NCBI GenBank assembly: GCA_029564595.1 | Contig: JAKQPS010000157.1 | Coordinates: forward strand, 1 to 64,000 | Length of the DNA stretch: 64,000 nt | Source: a bacterium | GTDB taxonomy: Bacteria > UBP15 > UBA6099 | Direction of reading: 5' to 3' | In this document: positions 9,665-18,957 of the stretch, one piece after another | Layout: each line of letters starts with the position of its first letter | How positions within the stretch are numbered: position 1 is the first letter of the stretch | Translations under genes and position numbers: made by a program | The notes under the pieces: generated by a model | Databases searched by the model: none | What the model was told of the DNA's origin: nothing | The model's input: the letters and a program-made list of their open reading frames with translations, nothing else

Positions 9665-10585
9665 ATGTTCGACAGATTGAAGAAGGGTCTCAAGAAGACC
9701 AGCGACAGCTTACGGCATAAAATTTCAGCCGCCATAGGGCGGGCGGTGAAGATAGACGACGAGTTCTGCGAGAGGCTGGAAGAGGCTTTGCTGCTTTCAG
9801 ACGTTGGCGCGTCGACCGCCGCGCTTATCGTGGATGAAATCAAGAGCAAGGCGATGGAAAAGCGCCCGGCGGACGCGGAGGCTCTAAACGCGCTCGTCGT
9901 GGACATACTCGCCGAGATACTCGAATCGGGGGCGGCCGCCGAACCGCTGGCCCCCGGCCTGAACGTCGTCATGATGATGGGCGTGAACGGCTCCGGAAAA
10001 ACCACGACGATAGGCAAGTTGGCAATGCGCTACAAAGCCGAAGGGCGCAAGGTGATGCTGGCGGCGTGCGACACGTTCCGGGCGGCGGCTTCCGAGCAGC
10101 TTGAGATATGGGCCAAGCGGTCGGACGTGCCGATAATAAGGCAGAGGGAAGGCGCGGACCCGTCGGCGGTCATGTACGACGCGATACAGGCCGCGCGCGC
10201 GCGCGGCGCAGACCTGCTTATCGCCGACACCGCCGGACGCCTTCACACCCAGTCCAACCTCATGCGCGAACTGCAGAAAATCCAGCGCGTGGCTGTGGAA
10301 AAAGCCGGGGTCGAGAACTTCAGGGCGTGGCTCGTCCTCGACTCGACCATCGGAAGAAACTCGTACAATCAGGTTCAGCAGTTCGGACAGGCCGTCCCTG
10401 TGGACGCGTTGGTGCTGACCAAGATGGACGGAACGGCGCGCGGCGGCGTCGTGTTCTCCATACTCAAGGAATGGCGCATGCCGATAATGTTCGTCGGCGT
10501 CGGAGAAAAGATGGAAGACCTGCTCCCGTTCAACGCCTCGGAATTTTCCCGCGCTCTCCTCGGCGACGCCGTTGATCCGGCCTGA
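9665..10585 (+). CDS. ftsY: Signal recognition particle receptor FtsY
   Basis: SRP GTPase NG domain with GVNGSGKTTTIGKLA (G1), DTAGR (G3) and TKMDGTARGG (G4/G5-like). 306 aa. Confidence 0.85.
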   Translation: MFDRLKKGLKKTSDSLRHKISAAIGRAVKIDDEFCERLEEALLLSDVGASTAALIVDEIKSKAMEKRPADAEALNALVVDILAEILESGAAAEPLAPGLNVVMMMGVNGSGKTTTIGKLAMRYKAEGRKVMLAACDTFRAAASEQLEIWAKRSDVPIIRQREGADPSAVMYDAIQAARARGADLLIADTAGRLHTQSNLMRELQKIQRVAVEKAGVENFRAWLVLDSTIGRNSYNQVQQFGQAVPVDALVLTKMDGTARGGVVFSILKEWRMPIMFVGVGEKMEDLLPFNASEFSRALLGDAVDPA

Positions 10586-10654
10586 AACTGAAAAACCGAA
10601 AAAATCCGAAAATACCGCGAAAAAGTTTTCGCCTTTGGCGATTGGGGAAAAACC

Positions 10655-10697
10655 CTTTGAACCCGAATCCTTCATTAGGATTCGGGATTATTATCAA
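10655..10697. repeat. Copy C (short form) of the repeat hairpin: CTTTGAACCCGAATCC-TTCATTA-GGATTCGGG followed by ATTATTAT
   Basis: Same 9-bp stem as copies A and B, located just downstream of ftsY at the edge of an AT-rich intergenic region. It may act as a terminator. Confidence 0.5.
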
Positions 10698-11007
10698 CCC
10701 AAAGAGCGACAGACGATTGACAACAAGACCGCTCGATATGATATAGTATCTTCAAGCGAGAACAGCACGAATAACGGAGGCGTAAATAGGCGGCTGACTC
10801 TTCCTGTATTATCAATAGTGTTATTTGGTTATTCTAGTTGTTCAGTTTTGATACGATTCATATCGCGGTATCAGATGGAAACAGTGAATAAAAGAATCGC
10901 TTTATCACTACAGACGCCACATCAAGGAAAATGACGCTATCATTTATTGACTTTTTAGATATTTACGAATAACGTTAAGCAATATTCTTGTTTATGAAGG
11001 TGAAAAA

Positions 11008-11577
11008 ATGGAAGCATGGTGGGGTGCGTTAAGCTCTTTTGAAAAGGTGTTTTGGGCTGTTGCTGTCGTATTCTCGGTGTTCTTCTTGCTCCAACTCATA
11101 TTCACTTTCGCAGGGGGCGACGACATCGACTCCGGGGACGTAGATCCGAGTAGCGACACGCATAGCGATTTATTTCTTGGTTTTTTCACCATCAGAAACA
11201 TGGTGGCGTTTTTTCTCGGTTTCTCTTGGTTTGGTTTGGCCTGCTTGGAGAAAGGCTTGTCGAAGTCGCTCACGGTAATCATCGCCGGTGTTTGCGGCGT
11301 TGGAACCGTAGCGCTGGTGATGCTGCTTATGAAAGGGCTTTCTTCCATGAAAAGCAGCGGAACTTTGTCGCTGAAAAACGCCATCGGAAAAGAAGGCTCT
11401 GTAACAATAGCAGTGCCAGAAAATATGAATGGAAGAGGTAAGATAAATATTGTCCTTCAGGGAAGGTTGGTAGAGCTTGATGCGGCAACAAAGGGAGCTA
11501 GGCTAAATAAGGGAGAACAGGTAAAAGTAACAGAGACGATCGGGGATCAAACCTTGGTGATTGAAAAAATCAAATAA
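11008..11577 (+). CDS. NfeD/YqiJ-like membrane protein (N-terminal TM helices + C-terminal OB-fold)
   Basis: 189 aa. Hydrophobic N-terminal half and a C-terminal beta-rich segment (GKINIVLQGRLVELDAATKG...VKVTE) typical of short NfeD proteins. Immediately upstream of an SPFH/flotillin gene (yqiJ-yqiK-like operon). Confidence 0.6.
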   Translation: MEAWWGALSSFEKVFWAVAVVFSVFFLLQLIFTFAGGDDIDSGDVDPSSDTHSDLFLGFFTIRNMVAFFLGFSWFGLACLEKGLSKSLTVIIAGVCGVGTVALVMLLMKGLSSMKSSGTLSLKNAIGKEGSVTIAVPENMNGRGKINIVLQGRLVELDAATKGARLNKGEQVKVTETIGDQTLVIEKIK

Positions 11578-11600
11578 AGATATTGGCGGGGGAATATTAA

Positions 11601-13178
11601 ATGTACATGCTTATCGGTCTTGTTGTAGTGGCAGTTGTGCTTTTCGCGACTTTGCTCGCCGCGATGACAAGGTACCGGCGGTGTCCGTCGGACCAGATCA
11701 TGGTCGTTTATGGGAAAGTGGCGAAGGGTCAAACATCGAAGTGCATACATGGTGGCGCGTCGTTCGTCTGGCCGCTTTTTCAGGCTTGCGAGTATCTTGA
11801 CCTCACCCCGATGACAATCGACATCGGCCTGAAAAACGCGCTGTCGAATCAGAATATAAGGGTGGATGTCCCATCTCGATTCACCATAGGGATTTCCACC
11901 AATCCATCGGTTATGACTGTAGCAGCCGAACGCCTTCTCAGCATGAGCAGGGAGCAAATTGAGGAGAACGCCAAAGACATTATTTTCGGGCAACTCCGCG
12001 CGACTATAGCAACAATGAGCATTGAAGAGATCAATGCGAAACGTGAAAAGTTCGAAGAAGAAGTGATGAAAAATGTCGAGACGGAGCTAGAGAAGCTCGG
12101 CCTCAAGTTAATAAATGTGAATATCACCGATATTTCCGATGAATCTGGATACATTGAGGCGTTAGGGAAAAAAGCGGCTGCCGAGGCCATAAACAAAGCC
12201 AAGGTGGAAGTGGCCCAGCAGGAAAGAGACGGAAAAACAGGCGAAGCGAACGCGCAACAGCAGATGCGCGTAAATATCGCCAATGCCGAAAAAGACGGAT
12301 TGACCGGCGAGGCGAACGCGCAACAGCAGATGCGCGTCAATATTGCCAATGCCGAAAGAGACGGAAAAACCGGCGAAGCGAACGCGCAACAGCAGATGCG
12401 AGTTAACATTGCCGATGCTGAAAGAGACGGCAAAACCGGCGAGGCGAACGCGCAACAGCAGATGCGAGTTAACGTTGCAAAAGCCAACGCCGAAGCCATT
12501 AAAGGAGAGAACACCGCTAAAGTAGTCGAGGCCAACTCGCACGCTGACAGACGAGAAGCGGAAGCCGAAGCGGAGAGAAAAGCCGTCGCTGCGGAAAAAA
12601 CAAAAGCCGCCGAGGCCGCCACCCTAGCCTACATAGCCGAGAAAAAGGCGGAGGAAGCAAGGGCGGATAGAGAGAAGTCCACTCGAAAAGCCGATGTGAT
12701 TGTGCCGGCTGAGATAGAGAAAGAAAAATTAATCATAGAAGCGGAAGCGGCAAAGGAACAACAGACGCTCAAAGGACAGGGAGAAGGAGCGGAAATAAGA
12801 GAGCGGCTAAGCGGAGAAGCGGCTGGCATTCAGGAAATACTCAAAAAGAAAGCCGAGGGTTTCGCGGAGATGGTAAAAGCCGCGAACGGCGACGCGGAAA
12901 AAGCCGCCATGTTGCTCATAGTGGAGCAGTTGCCGGAAATCGTGAGAGCGCAGGCTGAGGCTATCAGCAAAATTAAATTCGACAAGATCGTAGTGTGGGA
13001 CAGCGGCAGCGGCAATGGCGGCGGCTCGACCGCGTCCAACTGGTTGGGCAGTTTCACGAAAATGTTGCCCGCGATGCACGATGTCTGCGAGATGGCCGGA
13101 GTCAGTCTTCCCGAATTTCTTGGAAAAATTAAAGAGCAGGAAAATTCGGAAAACAATCCGGACGCCCCTAAAGCATAA
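11601..13178 (+). CDS. Flotillin-like SPFH/band-7 protein (YqiK/FloA-type) with internal 22-aa tandem repeats
   Basis: 525 aa. N-terminal TM helix followed by an SPFH-like region (VVYGKV..., INVNITDISDESGYIEALGKKAAAEA), then an A/E/Q-rich coiled coil and a repeat block. Confidence 0.7.
   Translation: MYMLIGLVVVAVVLFATLLAAMTRYRRCPSDQIMVVYGKVAKGQTSKCIHGGASFVWPLFQACEYLDLTPMTIDIGLKNALSNQNIRVDVPSRFTIGISTNPSVMTVAAERLLSMSREQIEENAKDIIFGQLRATIATMSIEEINAKREKFEEEVMKNVETELEKLGLKLINVNITDISDESGYIEALGKKAAAEAINKAKVEVAQQERDGKTGEANAQQQMRVNIANAEKDGLTGEANAQQQMRVNIANAERDGKTGEANAQQQMRVNIADAERDGKTGEANAQQQMRVNVAKANAEAIKGENTAKVVEANSHADRREAEAEAERKAVAAEKTKAAEAATLAYIAEKKAEEARADREKSTRKADVIVPAEIEKEKLIIEAEAAKEQQTLKGQGEGAEIRERLSGEAAGIQEILKKKAEGFAEMVKAANGDAEKAAMLLIVEQLPEIVRAQAEAISKIKFDKIVVWDSGSGNGGGSTASNWLGSFTKMLPAMHDVCEMAGVSLPEFLGKIKEQENSENNPDAPKA
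12222..12485 (+). repeat. About 4 tandem copies of a 66-bp (22-aa, RDGKTGEANAQQQMRVNIANAE) intragenic repeat, nearly identical at nucleotide level
   Basis: Directly visible: GGCGAAGCGAACGCGCAACAGCAGATGCGCGT... repeated with few substitutions. Confidence 0.85.
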
Positions 13179-13334
13179 CCAAGTCTCGCTCTGAAAAATG
13201 GGTGAATGACAGATTATGCCTATTTATGATTTGTTTTTACCCATCTCACACCCGCAACGGGGTTGTGGGTGGCGCCCAGCGCAATGGGTAGAATCATCTA
13301 ATAATATGTATAATTGTGAAGGGGCATATTAGCA

Positions 13335-13730
13335 ATGTTATTCTTATTGTTAATATTTTCAGCGGGTGGTATCGAAGTCGCATACAATGTGGTAAAGAAA
13401 AGACATCGCGCGTTTAAAAATTTAGCATTTATAAATGTTCTTGTGGCAGCGTTCGTCATGATGCTCACAAGAGATGTGTCTGGTGAACATCTATCATTTA
13501 ATCTTTGCATAAATCCTATTGCTTTGATTGTTTTTGTTGCAAATCTCATTATCTTCAATAAATACTATTTATCGTTGGCGATCAAGACAAGAAAAGAAAA
13601 CATTGCGTTTGAGCAAAATCATCTTGATGGACAAGATGTAAATGTTGCCATAAAGGTTGTTGCGGCTATAAGCTATATTTTATTATATTTTGCCATTGTA
13701 TACATGATATTAACAGGAAACAATGGGTAG
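13335..13730 (+). CDS. Hypothetical small membrane protein (about 4 TM) in an AT-rich islet
   Basis: 131-aa hydrophobic ORF. The surrounding 13.2-13.86 kb is markedly AT-richer than its flanks. Confidence 0.4.
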   Translation: MLFLLLIFSAGGIEVAYNVVKKRHRAFKNLAFINVLVAAFVMMLTRDVSGEHLSFNLCINPIALIVFVANLIIFNKYYLSLAIKTRKENIAFEQNHLDGQDVNVAIKVVAAISYILLYFAIVYMILTGNNG

Positions 13731-13858
13731 TGACTGCGAGAAAAACGGACATTCGTCGCGAAAAGCTGGCACGGCGAGATGGTTAAAATCAAACAGCGCT
13801 TCGTATAAGGATATCGTTTTAAGAATTTGATAATTGAACAGTGTTGAGTGAATCCGGC

Positions 13859-15703
13859 TTAGTAATTTGATGTGAAGTCGATCATGAAGTCGTTGGTGTC
13901 TGCGAACCAGCGGGTGTTGATGCGCGTGCCGTAGAGGTCGTAGTCGACGTTGAAGTTTTTGGTGGAGAAATGGTTATTTTTGAGGCTGTAGATAAAGTCC
14001 GTGCGGAGTCTGCATTTTTTGTTGACGGTGTAATCAAGGCCGGAGGACAGGCTGCTGATGGTGGCTTCGCGGATGTCGTAAGTGGCTGACATGGCGGAAC
14101 TCCATTTAAGCCCTTTGGACTTGGAGACGTATAGCATGAGTTGTCGTTTGACGGTGGAGGAGCCTGTGTATCTGCTGTCAGTGAAATTATATCTGGCCTG
14201 AATCAACATACCCTGCCGGGGTCTGTGGCCTATGCGGGCGGAGGCGGACAGGCGGGCGCTGGGCCTGCCTTCGGTGTCGCCGCCAAGCCCGGTGGCTGTG
14301 TTCCAATCGATGCTGGTCTTTTTTGACAGCGCGATTGAAGGGCTGACGGCGGTGAGGGTGGTGTAAGCCGCCGTAACGGCGTCGGTATAGTCGTAGTTGT
14401 CCATTTTAATATGGGAGCTGACAGAGTAGCCGATGCCCCGCGTGTTGCCGTTGACGAACTTTCTGTTGCCGTCGAAGCTTACGAGGGCGTTCATAGTGGA
14501 CTGGCCGTAGTCGCCGTCTCCGGTTCTGCGGCCTGAGAGGTAGCCGTTAATTCTGGTTTTCTTGATGCCGCCCGCTGCTCCGAGCCGGAAACCTTTCGCC
14601 CCGGAAAGGTCGTAGTCCATCTGAAGGGTCTGCGACCTCATGCCGGCGGCGTAGCGCGACATGGACATTGTGTAGCCCCTGTCGCCGCCGAAGAGGTTGC
14701 GCATGTTGAACTGGCCGCTTGTCTGGGTGTTCATGCGGAAGGATTGGCGCAGGTCCGCCGAATAAGATTTCGAGTTGTCTCCGTGGTAGTTCATATCGAC
14801 GAAGCCTCTGAAGTCGCGGGCTTCTTTATAGCGCACGTTTGCGCCGACTTTCCAGTCCGCGTTCGAGCCGTAGCTGACGTTGCGGATGCGCCATTTGCCG
14901 GTGGTGTATTTTTTGCTGGTGTTGGTCCAGAAAGGGAGGGACATTACTTTGTTGCCTTTTACCCACATGGTGGCGCGCCACGCTTCATACTGGTCGCCGG
15001 GATAGACGCGCATGCGCGCGGCGGTCACGGCGTTCGCGGTGAGGTAAGGCTCTTCGTAGATGTAGACCGCGTCGCTCATTAGAGGTTCTTGAGCTGTTTC
15101 GTACAGTTCTTCGCCTACGAGATAAAAAGTTCTGACTCCGCTTTGGGTTTGAGTGAGGACGCCCGCCGCGCGGTCCAAGTCGAACCTGAGTTGGTCGCCG
15201 GAGAAAGAAGCGCCGTCCATGCCTGTGACCTGAGCTTCGACGCGCTGGTCGAGCAGGTCGCCGGTCTCTTCGATGTCCGTCAATATCGGGTTGGTCGATG
15301 GAGTCCCAGCGTTGCCAGTTGTTGTGTCTGCGGACTTCTTCATAGTGGAAGCGATGACGTTTCCTTCGGCGTAAAAGACGTGCGATTTAACGTCCACTCG
15401 TATCGAGTCGGCTTGAAAGCGAAGGTTGCCGTGAAGAAGCTCGACCTGTCCGTCGCAGTAAATCACTTTGCGGTCGATGTCGAACATAATGTAGTTTGCG
15501 GTGACGGTGTAGTGGAGTTTGAGGGCGCGCGCGGGCACGGCGGCGGACACAACCGCAAGCGCGGCCAGCGCCGATGCCGCCGCGAGCAATGTTTTTCTTT
15601 TCAGCAAATCAAGCACTATAAGACAACCTGCCGCATTAAACCCGAAAACAATCCGGGTACGCCAATATAACGCGCGGATTCCTCCGCAACCGTATTGTAT
15701 CAT
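13859..15703 (-). CDS. Outer-membrane beta-barrel protein, LptD/OstA-like (LPS-assembly)
   Basis: About 600 aa. N-terminal signal-like LLAAASALAALAVVSAAVPARA, an OstA-like N-terminal segment, and many amphipathic beta-strand motifs ending ...IDFTSNY. The true start is probably a non-ATG codon near 15640. Confidence 0.45.
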   Translation of the reverse strand: MIQYGCGGIRALYWRTRIVFGFNAAGCLIVLDLLKRKTLLAAASALAALAVVSAAVPARALKLHYTVTANYIMFDIDRKVIYCDGQVELLHGNLRFQADSIRVDVKSHVFYAEGNVIASTMKKSADTTTGNAGTPSTNPILTDIEETGDLLDQRVEAQVTGMDGASFSGDQLRFDLDRAAGVLTQTQSGVRTFYLVGEELYETAQEPLMSDAVYIYEEPYLTANAVTAARMRVYPGDQYEAWRATMWVKGNKVMSLPFWTNTSKKYTTGKWRIRNVSYGSNADWKVGANVRYKEARDFRGFVDMNYHGDNSKSYSADLRQSFRMNTQTSGQFNMRNLFGGDRGYTMSMSRYAAGMRSQTLQMDYDLSGAKGFRLGAAGGIKKTRINGYLSGRRTGDGDYGQSTMNALVSFDGNRKFVNGNTRGIGYSVSSHIKMDNYDYTDAVTAAYTTLTAVSPSIALSKKTSIDWNTATGLGGDTEGRPSARLSASARIGHRPRQGMLIQARYNFTDSRYTGSSTVKRQLMLYVSKSKGLKWSSAMSATYDIREATISSLSSGLDYTVNKKCRLRTDFIYSLKNNHFSTKNFNVDYDLYGTRINTRWFADTNDFMIDFTSNY

Positions 15704-15830
15704 TATTAAAAAGCAATGTCAGCGAGGAAAAAATAATATATGGATAATAGATTTTTGGGGATTTGCGGTGAAACCATTTTTTTGCAAAAAACAGGTTTCC
15801 CCGCGCCCCTTCCGAAAAAAACTCTTGATC

Positions 15831-15873
15831 GCCGATTTTGCTGAACTTCGTTCTTGCAAAATCGGCTTTTTTC
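15831..15873. terminator. Hairpin GCCGATTTTGC-N14-GCAAAATCGGC followed by TTTTTTCTT (intrinsic-terminator-like, possibly bidirectional) between the LptD-like gene and wecB
   Basis: 11-bp perfect stem with a T-run on the + strand, and an A-run upstream giving a weaker minus-strand reading. No + strand gene sits upstream, so its function is uncertain. Confidence 0.3.
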
Positions 15874-15916
15874 TTAGATTTATGAAAACCAGAAGTATGG
15901 CGACGTTGACACAAAC

Positions 15917-17050
15917 TTAATATAACAGAGATTCCAGTTTTGAGACGATGCGGGGGGCGGCATGGCCGTCCCAGAGTTCGGGTATGCGCCCCTGTTTCCA
16001 GTCGCCGCGCAGTGCGGCGGCAGCGGCGGCGGAGATTTTTCCGGCGTCTGAGCCGACAAGGATGTTTGTGCCGATGTCAACAGTGACGGGGCGCTCGGTG
16101 TTTTCGCGGATTGTGGCGCACGGGACGCCCAGCCAAGTGGTCTCCTCCTGAATGCCGCCGGAATCGGTGAGGACGATTTTTGCGTTCATGGTGAGGGAGA
16201 GGAATTCCAGATATCCGAGAGGTTCCATGATGAAGATTTTTCCGGCGGGCGTGGAAGCGCCGTCCCAAGCGGCGAAATGGTCGTCCAGCCCGAACCGGCG
16301 TATGTTGTTGACGGTTCTGGGGTGAGCCGGGAAAAAGACGGGGGCTTCGGCGGCGGCGGCTTCGAGAGCGGAGATGATGCGGGAGAATGTGGCGGGGTCA
16401 TCCACGTTGGAGGGTCTGTGAAGGGTGAGGGCGGCGTAATCGCCGGAGAAATCGCCGAGAGGGCGGGCCGATTCGCCGTTGCGCACGCGGCGCGCGTTTT
16501 CCGCCAGAGTGTCAATCATGACGTTGCCGACGAAGAAAATGTTGTCTTCCGCGACGCCTTCTCGCAGGAGGTTGTCGCGTCCGCTAGGCTCTGTGATGAA
16601 GAGGAAAGAGGAGATCGAGTCTGTGAGGACGCGGTTGATTTCTTCTGGCATGGAGCGGTCGAAGCTGCGGAGGCCGGCTTCCACGTGTGCGACCGGGATC
16701 ATGAGTTTTGCGGACACGAGGGAGCAGGCGAGGGTGGAGTTGACGTCGCCGACCACTAGAACGAGGTCGGGTTTTAATTCGAGGACGGCTTTTTCGAAGG
16801 CGAGCATGACGGCGGCGGTCTGGGCCGCGTGGCTTCCGGAGCCGACTTCGAGGAAAACGTCGGGCCGGGGGATGTTCAACTCGTCGAAGAAACTCTGAGA
16901 CATGTTGTGGTCGTAGTGCTGTCCGGTGTGGACGAGGATGGGGCGCAGGGAGGGGCTGGCGGCCATAGCGCGCATAATCGGGGCCACTTTTACAAAGTTC
17001 GGTCTCGCCCCCGCGACGATGAAGACTTTCTTTTTTTTCGACTCAGTCAT
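15917..17050 (-). CDS. wecB: UDP-N-acetylglucosamine 2-epimerase (non-hydrolysing)
   Basis: KKVFIVAGARPNFVKVAPIMRA...HTGQHYDHNMSQSFFDELNIP is the canonical WecB/MnaA N-terminus. The ORF track extends to a TTG at 17080; the ATG starts at 17062 or 17050 are more likely. Confidence 0.8.
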   Translation of the reverse strand: MTESKKKKVFIVAGARPNFVKVAPIMRAMAASPSLRPILVHTGQHYDHNMSQSFFDELNIPRPDVFLEVGSGSHAAQTAAVMLAFEKAVLELKPDLVLVVGDVNSTLACSLVSAKLMIPVAHVEAGLRSFDRSMPEEINRVLTDSISSFLFITEPSGRDNLLREGVAEDNIFFVGNVMIDTLAENARRVRNGESARPLGDFSGDYAALTLHRPSNVDDPATFSRIISALEAAAAEAPVFFPAHPRTVNNIRRFGLDDHFAAWDGASTPAGKIFIMEPLGYLEFLSLTMNAKIVLTDSGGIQEETTWLGVPCATIRENTERPVTVDIGTNILVGSDAGKISAAAAAALRGDWKQGRIPELWDGHAAPRIVSKLESLLY

Positions 17051-17076
17051 GATTTCATCCATGCCGGCCTCCAATT

Positions 17077-17715
17077 TCAACGAGGAAGGCTCCGCTTCTG
17101 AGCGTTTTTGGCGGCTGCCAGTATTTCATCGGTAAACTTCTTGAAATTAGGACATTTGTCACGCACGGTATCAGGCGAGAGTTTTTTAAAAAGATTGACG
17201 CCGTCAATAGTCTTTTTATAGCTGTAATTTTTTTTGTTTTTTCTAAAAAGTTCCTTGAGCAGTTTTGCCGGAGGGGTGTCGAAGTCAACTGTTTCCGGGT
17301 TGTCGCAGCAACCGGGCAGCTTGATCTCGTTGGGGAATATTTTAGGGTCGCTGAGCAACCATGCTTCCAGTTCATGAACCGCGAAATGCTGGTGGAATTT
17401 AGGCCTGCATTCTTTTGGCAAAGACTCTATGATTTTTTTTCTTGCGAAATTGGTTTTTTCATCGACAGTGTTTCCGCCTTTGCACTTTTCCGGCAATCCA
17501 TAGAGGTCGAGCAATCCGAAGATGGCGATTACTTCGCTATTATCAAGATGTAATTGAGATTTTTTGCCGGCGCGTTTTAAATAATCGCCGCAACCATCAA
17601 AAACAATAGGTTTGACGCTTATCTTTTTGTCCAGTTGAGAATCCAACCACTTTTTAAGAAAAACTTGAGTTATTATGTTTTCAGTTTTGCCTTCGACGAA
17701 AAGAAGTATTTTCAT
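17077..17715 (-). CDS. DUF4276/RloB-like small protein (putative TOPRIM-like nuclease partner of the upstream ATPase)
   Basis: 212 aa. N-terminal KILLFVEGKTE motif (resembling the ILVCEGEKTE of RloB/OLD-TOPRIM) and HELEAWLL. AT-rich codon usage. The start ATG lies 3 nt after the ATPase stop codon. Confidence 0.5.
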   Translation of the reverse strand: MKILLFVEGKTENIITQVFLKKWLDSQLDKKISVKPIVFDGCGDYLKRAGKKSQLHLDNSEVIAIFGLLDLYGLPEKCKGGNTVDEKTNFARKKIIESLPKECRPKFHQHFAVHELEAWLLSDPKIFPNEIKLPGCCDNPETVDFDTPPAKLLKELFRKNKKNYSYKKTIDGVNLFKKLSPDTVRDKCPNFKKFTDEILAAAKNAQKRSLPR

Positions 17716-17718
17716 GGA

Positions 17719-18957
17719 TCATCCGCCGATTTCTCTATCGAGCCATAGTCTGCCGAGGGTGTATTCCTCCAGCCACTTGGAAAGGGAATCGCGGTCAAGT
17801 CTTTTCGCAGTGGTCGCGCCGTCTTCTTTTTCCACGACCACGACTGATTCCGGCATGTCGGAGAAGGCGCTTAAAAGTTCGGGAGAGTGAGTGGAAACAA
17901 TAAGTTGAGTTCTGTTTGACGCGTCTTTGATAAGCTCCGCGATGATGCCGAGCATAGAAGGGTGCATTCCAAGTTCAGGTTCGTCGATACAGATTATCGG
18001 CGGGGGTTCAGGGGAGAGAAGAATCGCGGAAAGCATCAGGAAAAGGATGGTTCCGTCAGACAGATCGGCGGGTGAAAGCTCGCGGTTGAGCGTTTTCGAG
18101 CGCCATTTCATATAGACTCTGCCGTTTTCGAGAGGCGGGAATGTCAATTCTTCAAAGTCGTCGCCGAAAGCCGCTTCGAGAGTGTTGTTAAGTTGTTCTT
18201 CGAACTCTTTATTGCCGGTGTAAAGAGTGTGAAGGACGGCGATGAGGTTGTCGCCGTTCGATTCCAACACCTTTTCCGATCTCGTGACAGTCGAATGTCT
18301 AGCTTCTGCTTCCGGGCCATGATTTAGGTTTCGGTAAAATGAACAGTCATTAAAAAAGTTGATGAACCTATATATTTGTAATTCAGTATAATTTTTCCAT
18401 CCATTTTTGATTGAATCCATATTAAAAAACATGGATTCGCTATCTTTAAAAATATCGAACACAGCCGCTGGAATATCGCTATTAATTTCTTTCGTGAAAT
18501 ATTCTTTTCCATCTCTGTTAATAATCGTGCCTGTGTAATTGGATAAATCATCATCATTGGCAATATTCTCGACATGGAGTTTTTCTAATTCAATGCCATA
18601 TTCGCTTGAGGCTCTCAATTGTTCAAGTCTTAAACTATAAACATATCGTCTTTTTACTAAATTGGATGCGTTTTCTTCCGGGTTTTCGTTGAAGCCAAAA
18701 CGATGAGAGCGTATTGTTGCCTCAAAACCGATTTCCTTTGCGGTTCCATTCCAAAGAATGGGGATCATGCCGCCGTGTTTTTTCATAATGGCGTCGCGAA
18801 GTTTGCCGGAGACGGCGTCGGAAAGAAGTTCAAGGGCGCTGATTATGTTGCTTTTGCCGCTGGAGTTGGGGCCGATGAGGATGTTTACGGGCATAAGGTC
18901 TAGGTTGAGATTTTTTAAAGATCTGAAACCTTCGACTTTGAAATTTTTGATAATCAT
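17719..18957 (-). CDS. AAA_21-type (ABC/SMC-like) ATPase
   Basis: Walker A GPNSSGKSN, ABC-signature-like LSDGT, Walker B IICIDEPELGMHP and H-loop VSTHSP are all present. An AGGAGA RBS sits 8 nt upstream of the ATG at 18957. AT-rich composition. Confidence 0.7.
   Translation of the reverse strand: MIIKNFKVEGFRSLKNLNLDLMPVNILIGPNSSGKSNIISALELLSDAVSGKLRDAIMKKHGGMIPILWNGTAKEIGFEATIRSHRFGFNENPEENASNLVKRRYVYSLRLEQLRASSEYGIELEKLHVENIANDDDLSNYTGTIINRDGKEYFTKEINSDIPAAVFDIFKDSESMFFNMDSIKNGWKNYTELQIYRFINFFNDCSFYRNLNHGPEAEARHSTVTRSEKVLESNGDNLIAVLHTLYTGNKEFEEQLNNTLEAAFGDDFEELTFPPLENGRVYMKWRSKTLNRELSPADLSDGTILFLMLSAILLSPEPPPIICIDEPELGMHPSMLGIIAELIKDASNRTQLIVSTHSPELLSAFSDMPESVVVVEKEDGATTAKRLDRDSLSKWLEEYTLGRLWLDREIGG

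Noticed and set aside
10572-10934. 120-aa ORF in the AT-rich intergenic region after ftsY
   Set aside because: Low-complexity, AT-rich, with no RBS or domain. More likely a promoter/leader region for the nfeD-flotillin operon that contains repeat copy C.
15089-15920. + strand ORFs of 193 and 133 aa opposite the LptD-like gene and its upstream region
   Set aside because: Antisense to, or overlapping, the outer-membrane protein gene. No motifs. The strong + strand terminator-like hairpin at 15831-15873 is kept as a feature, but these ORFs are not credible.
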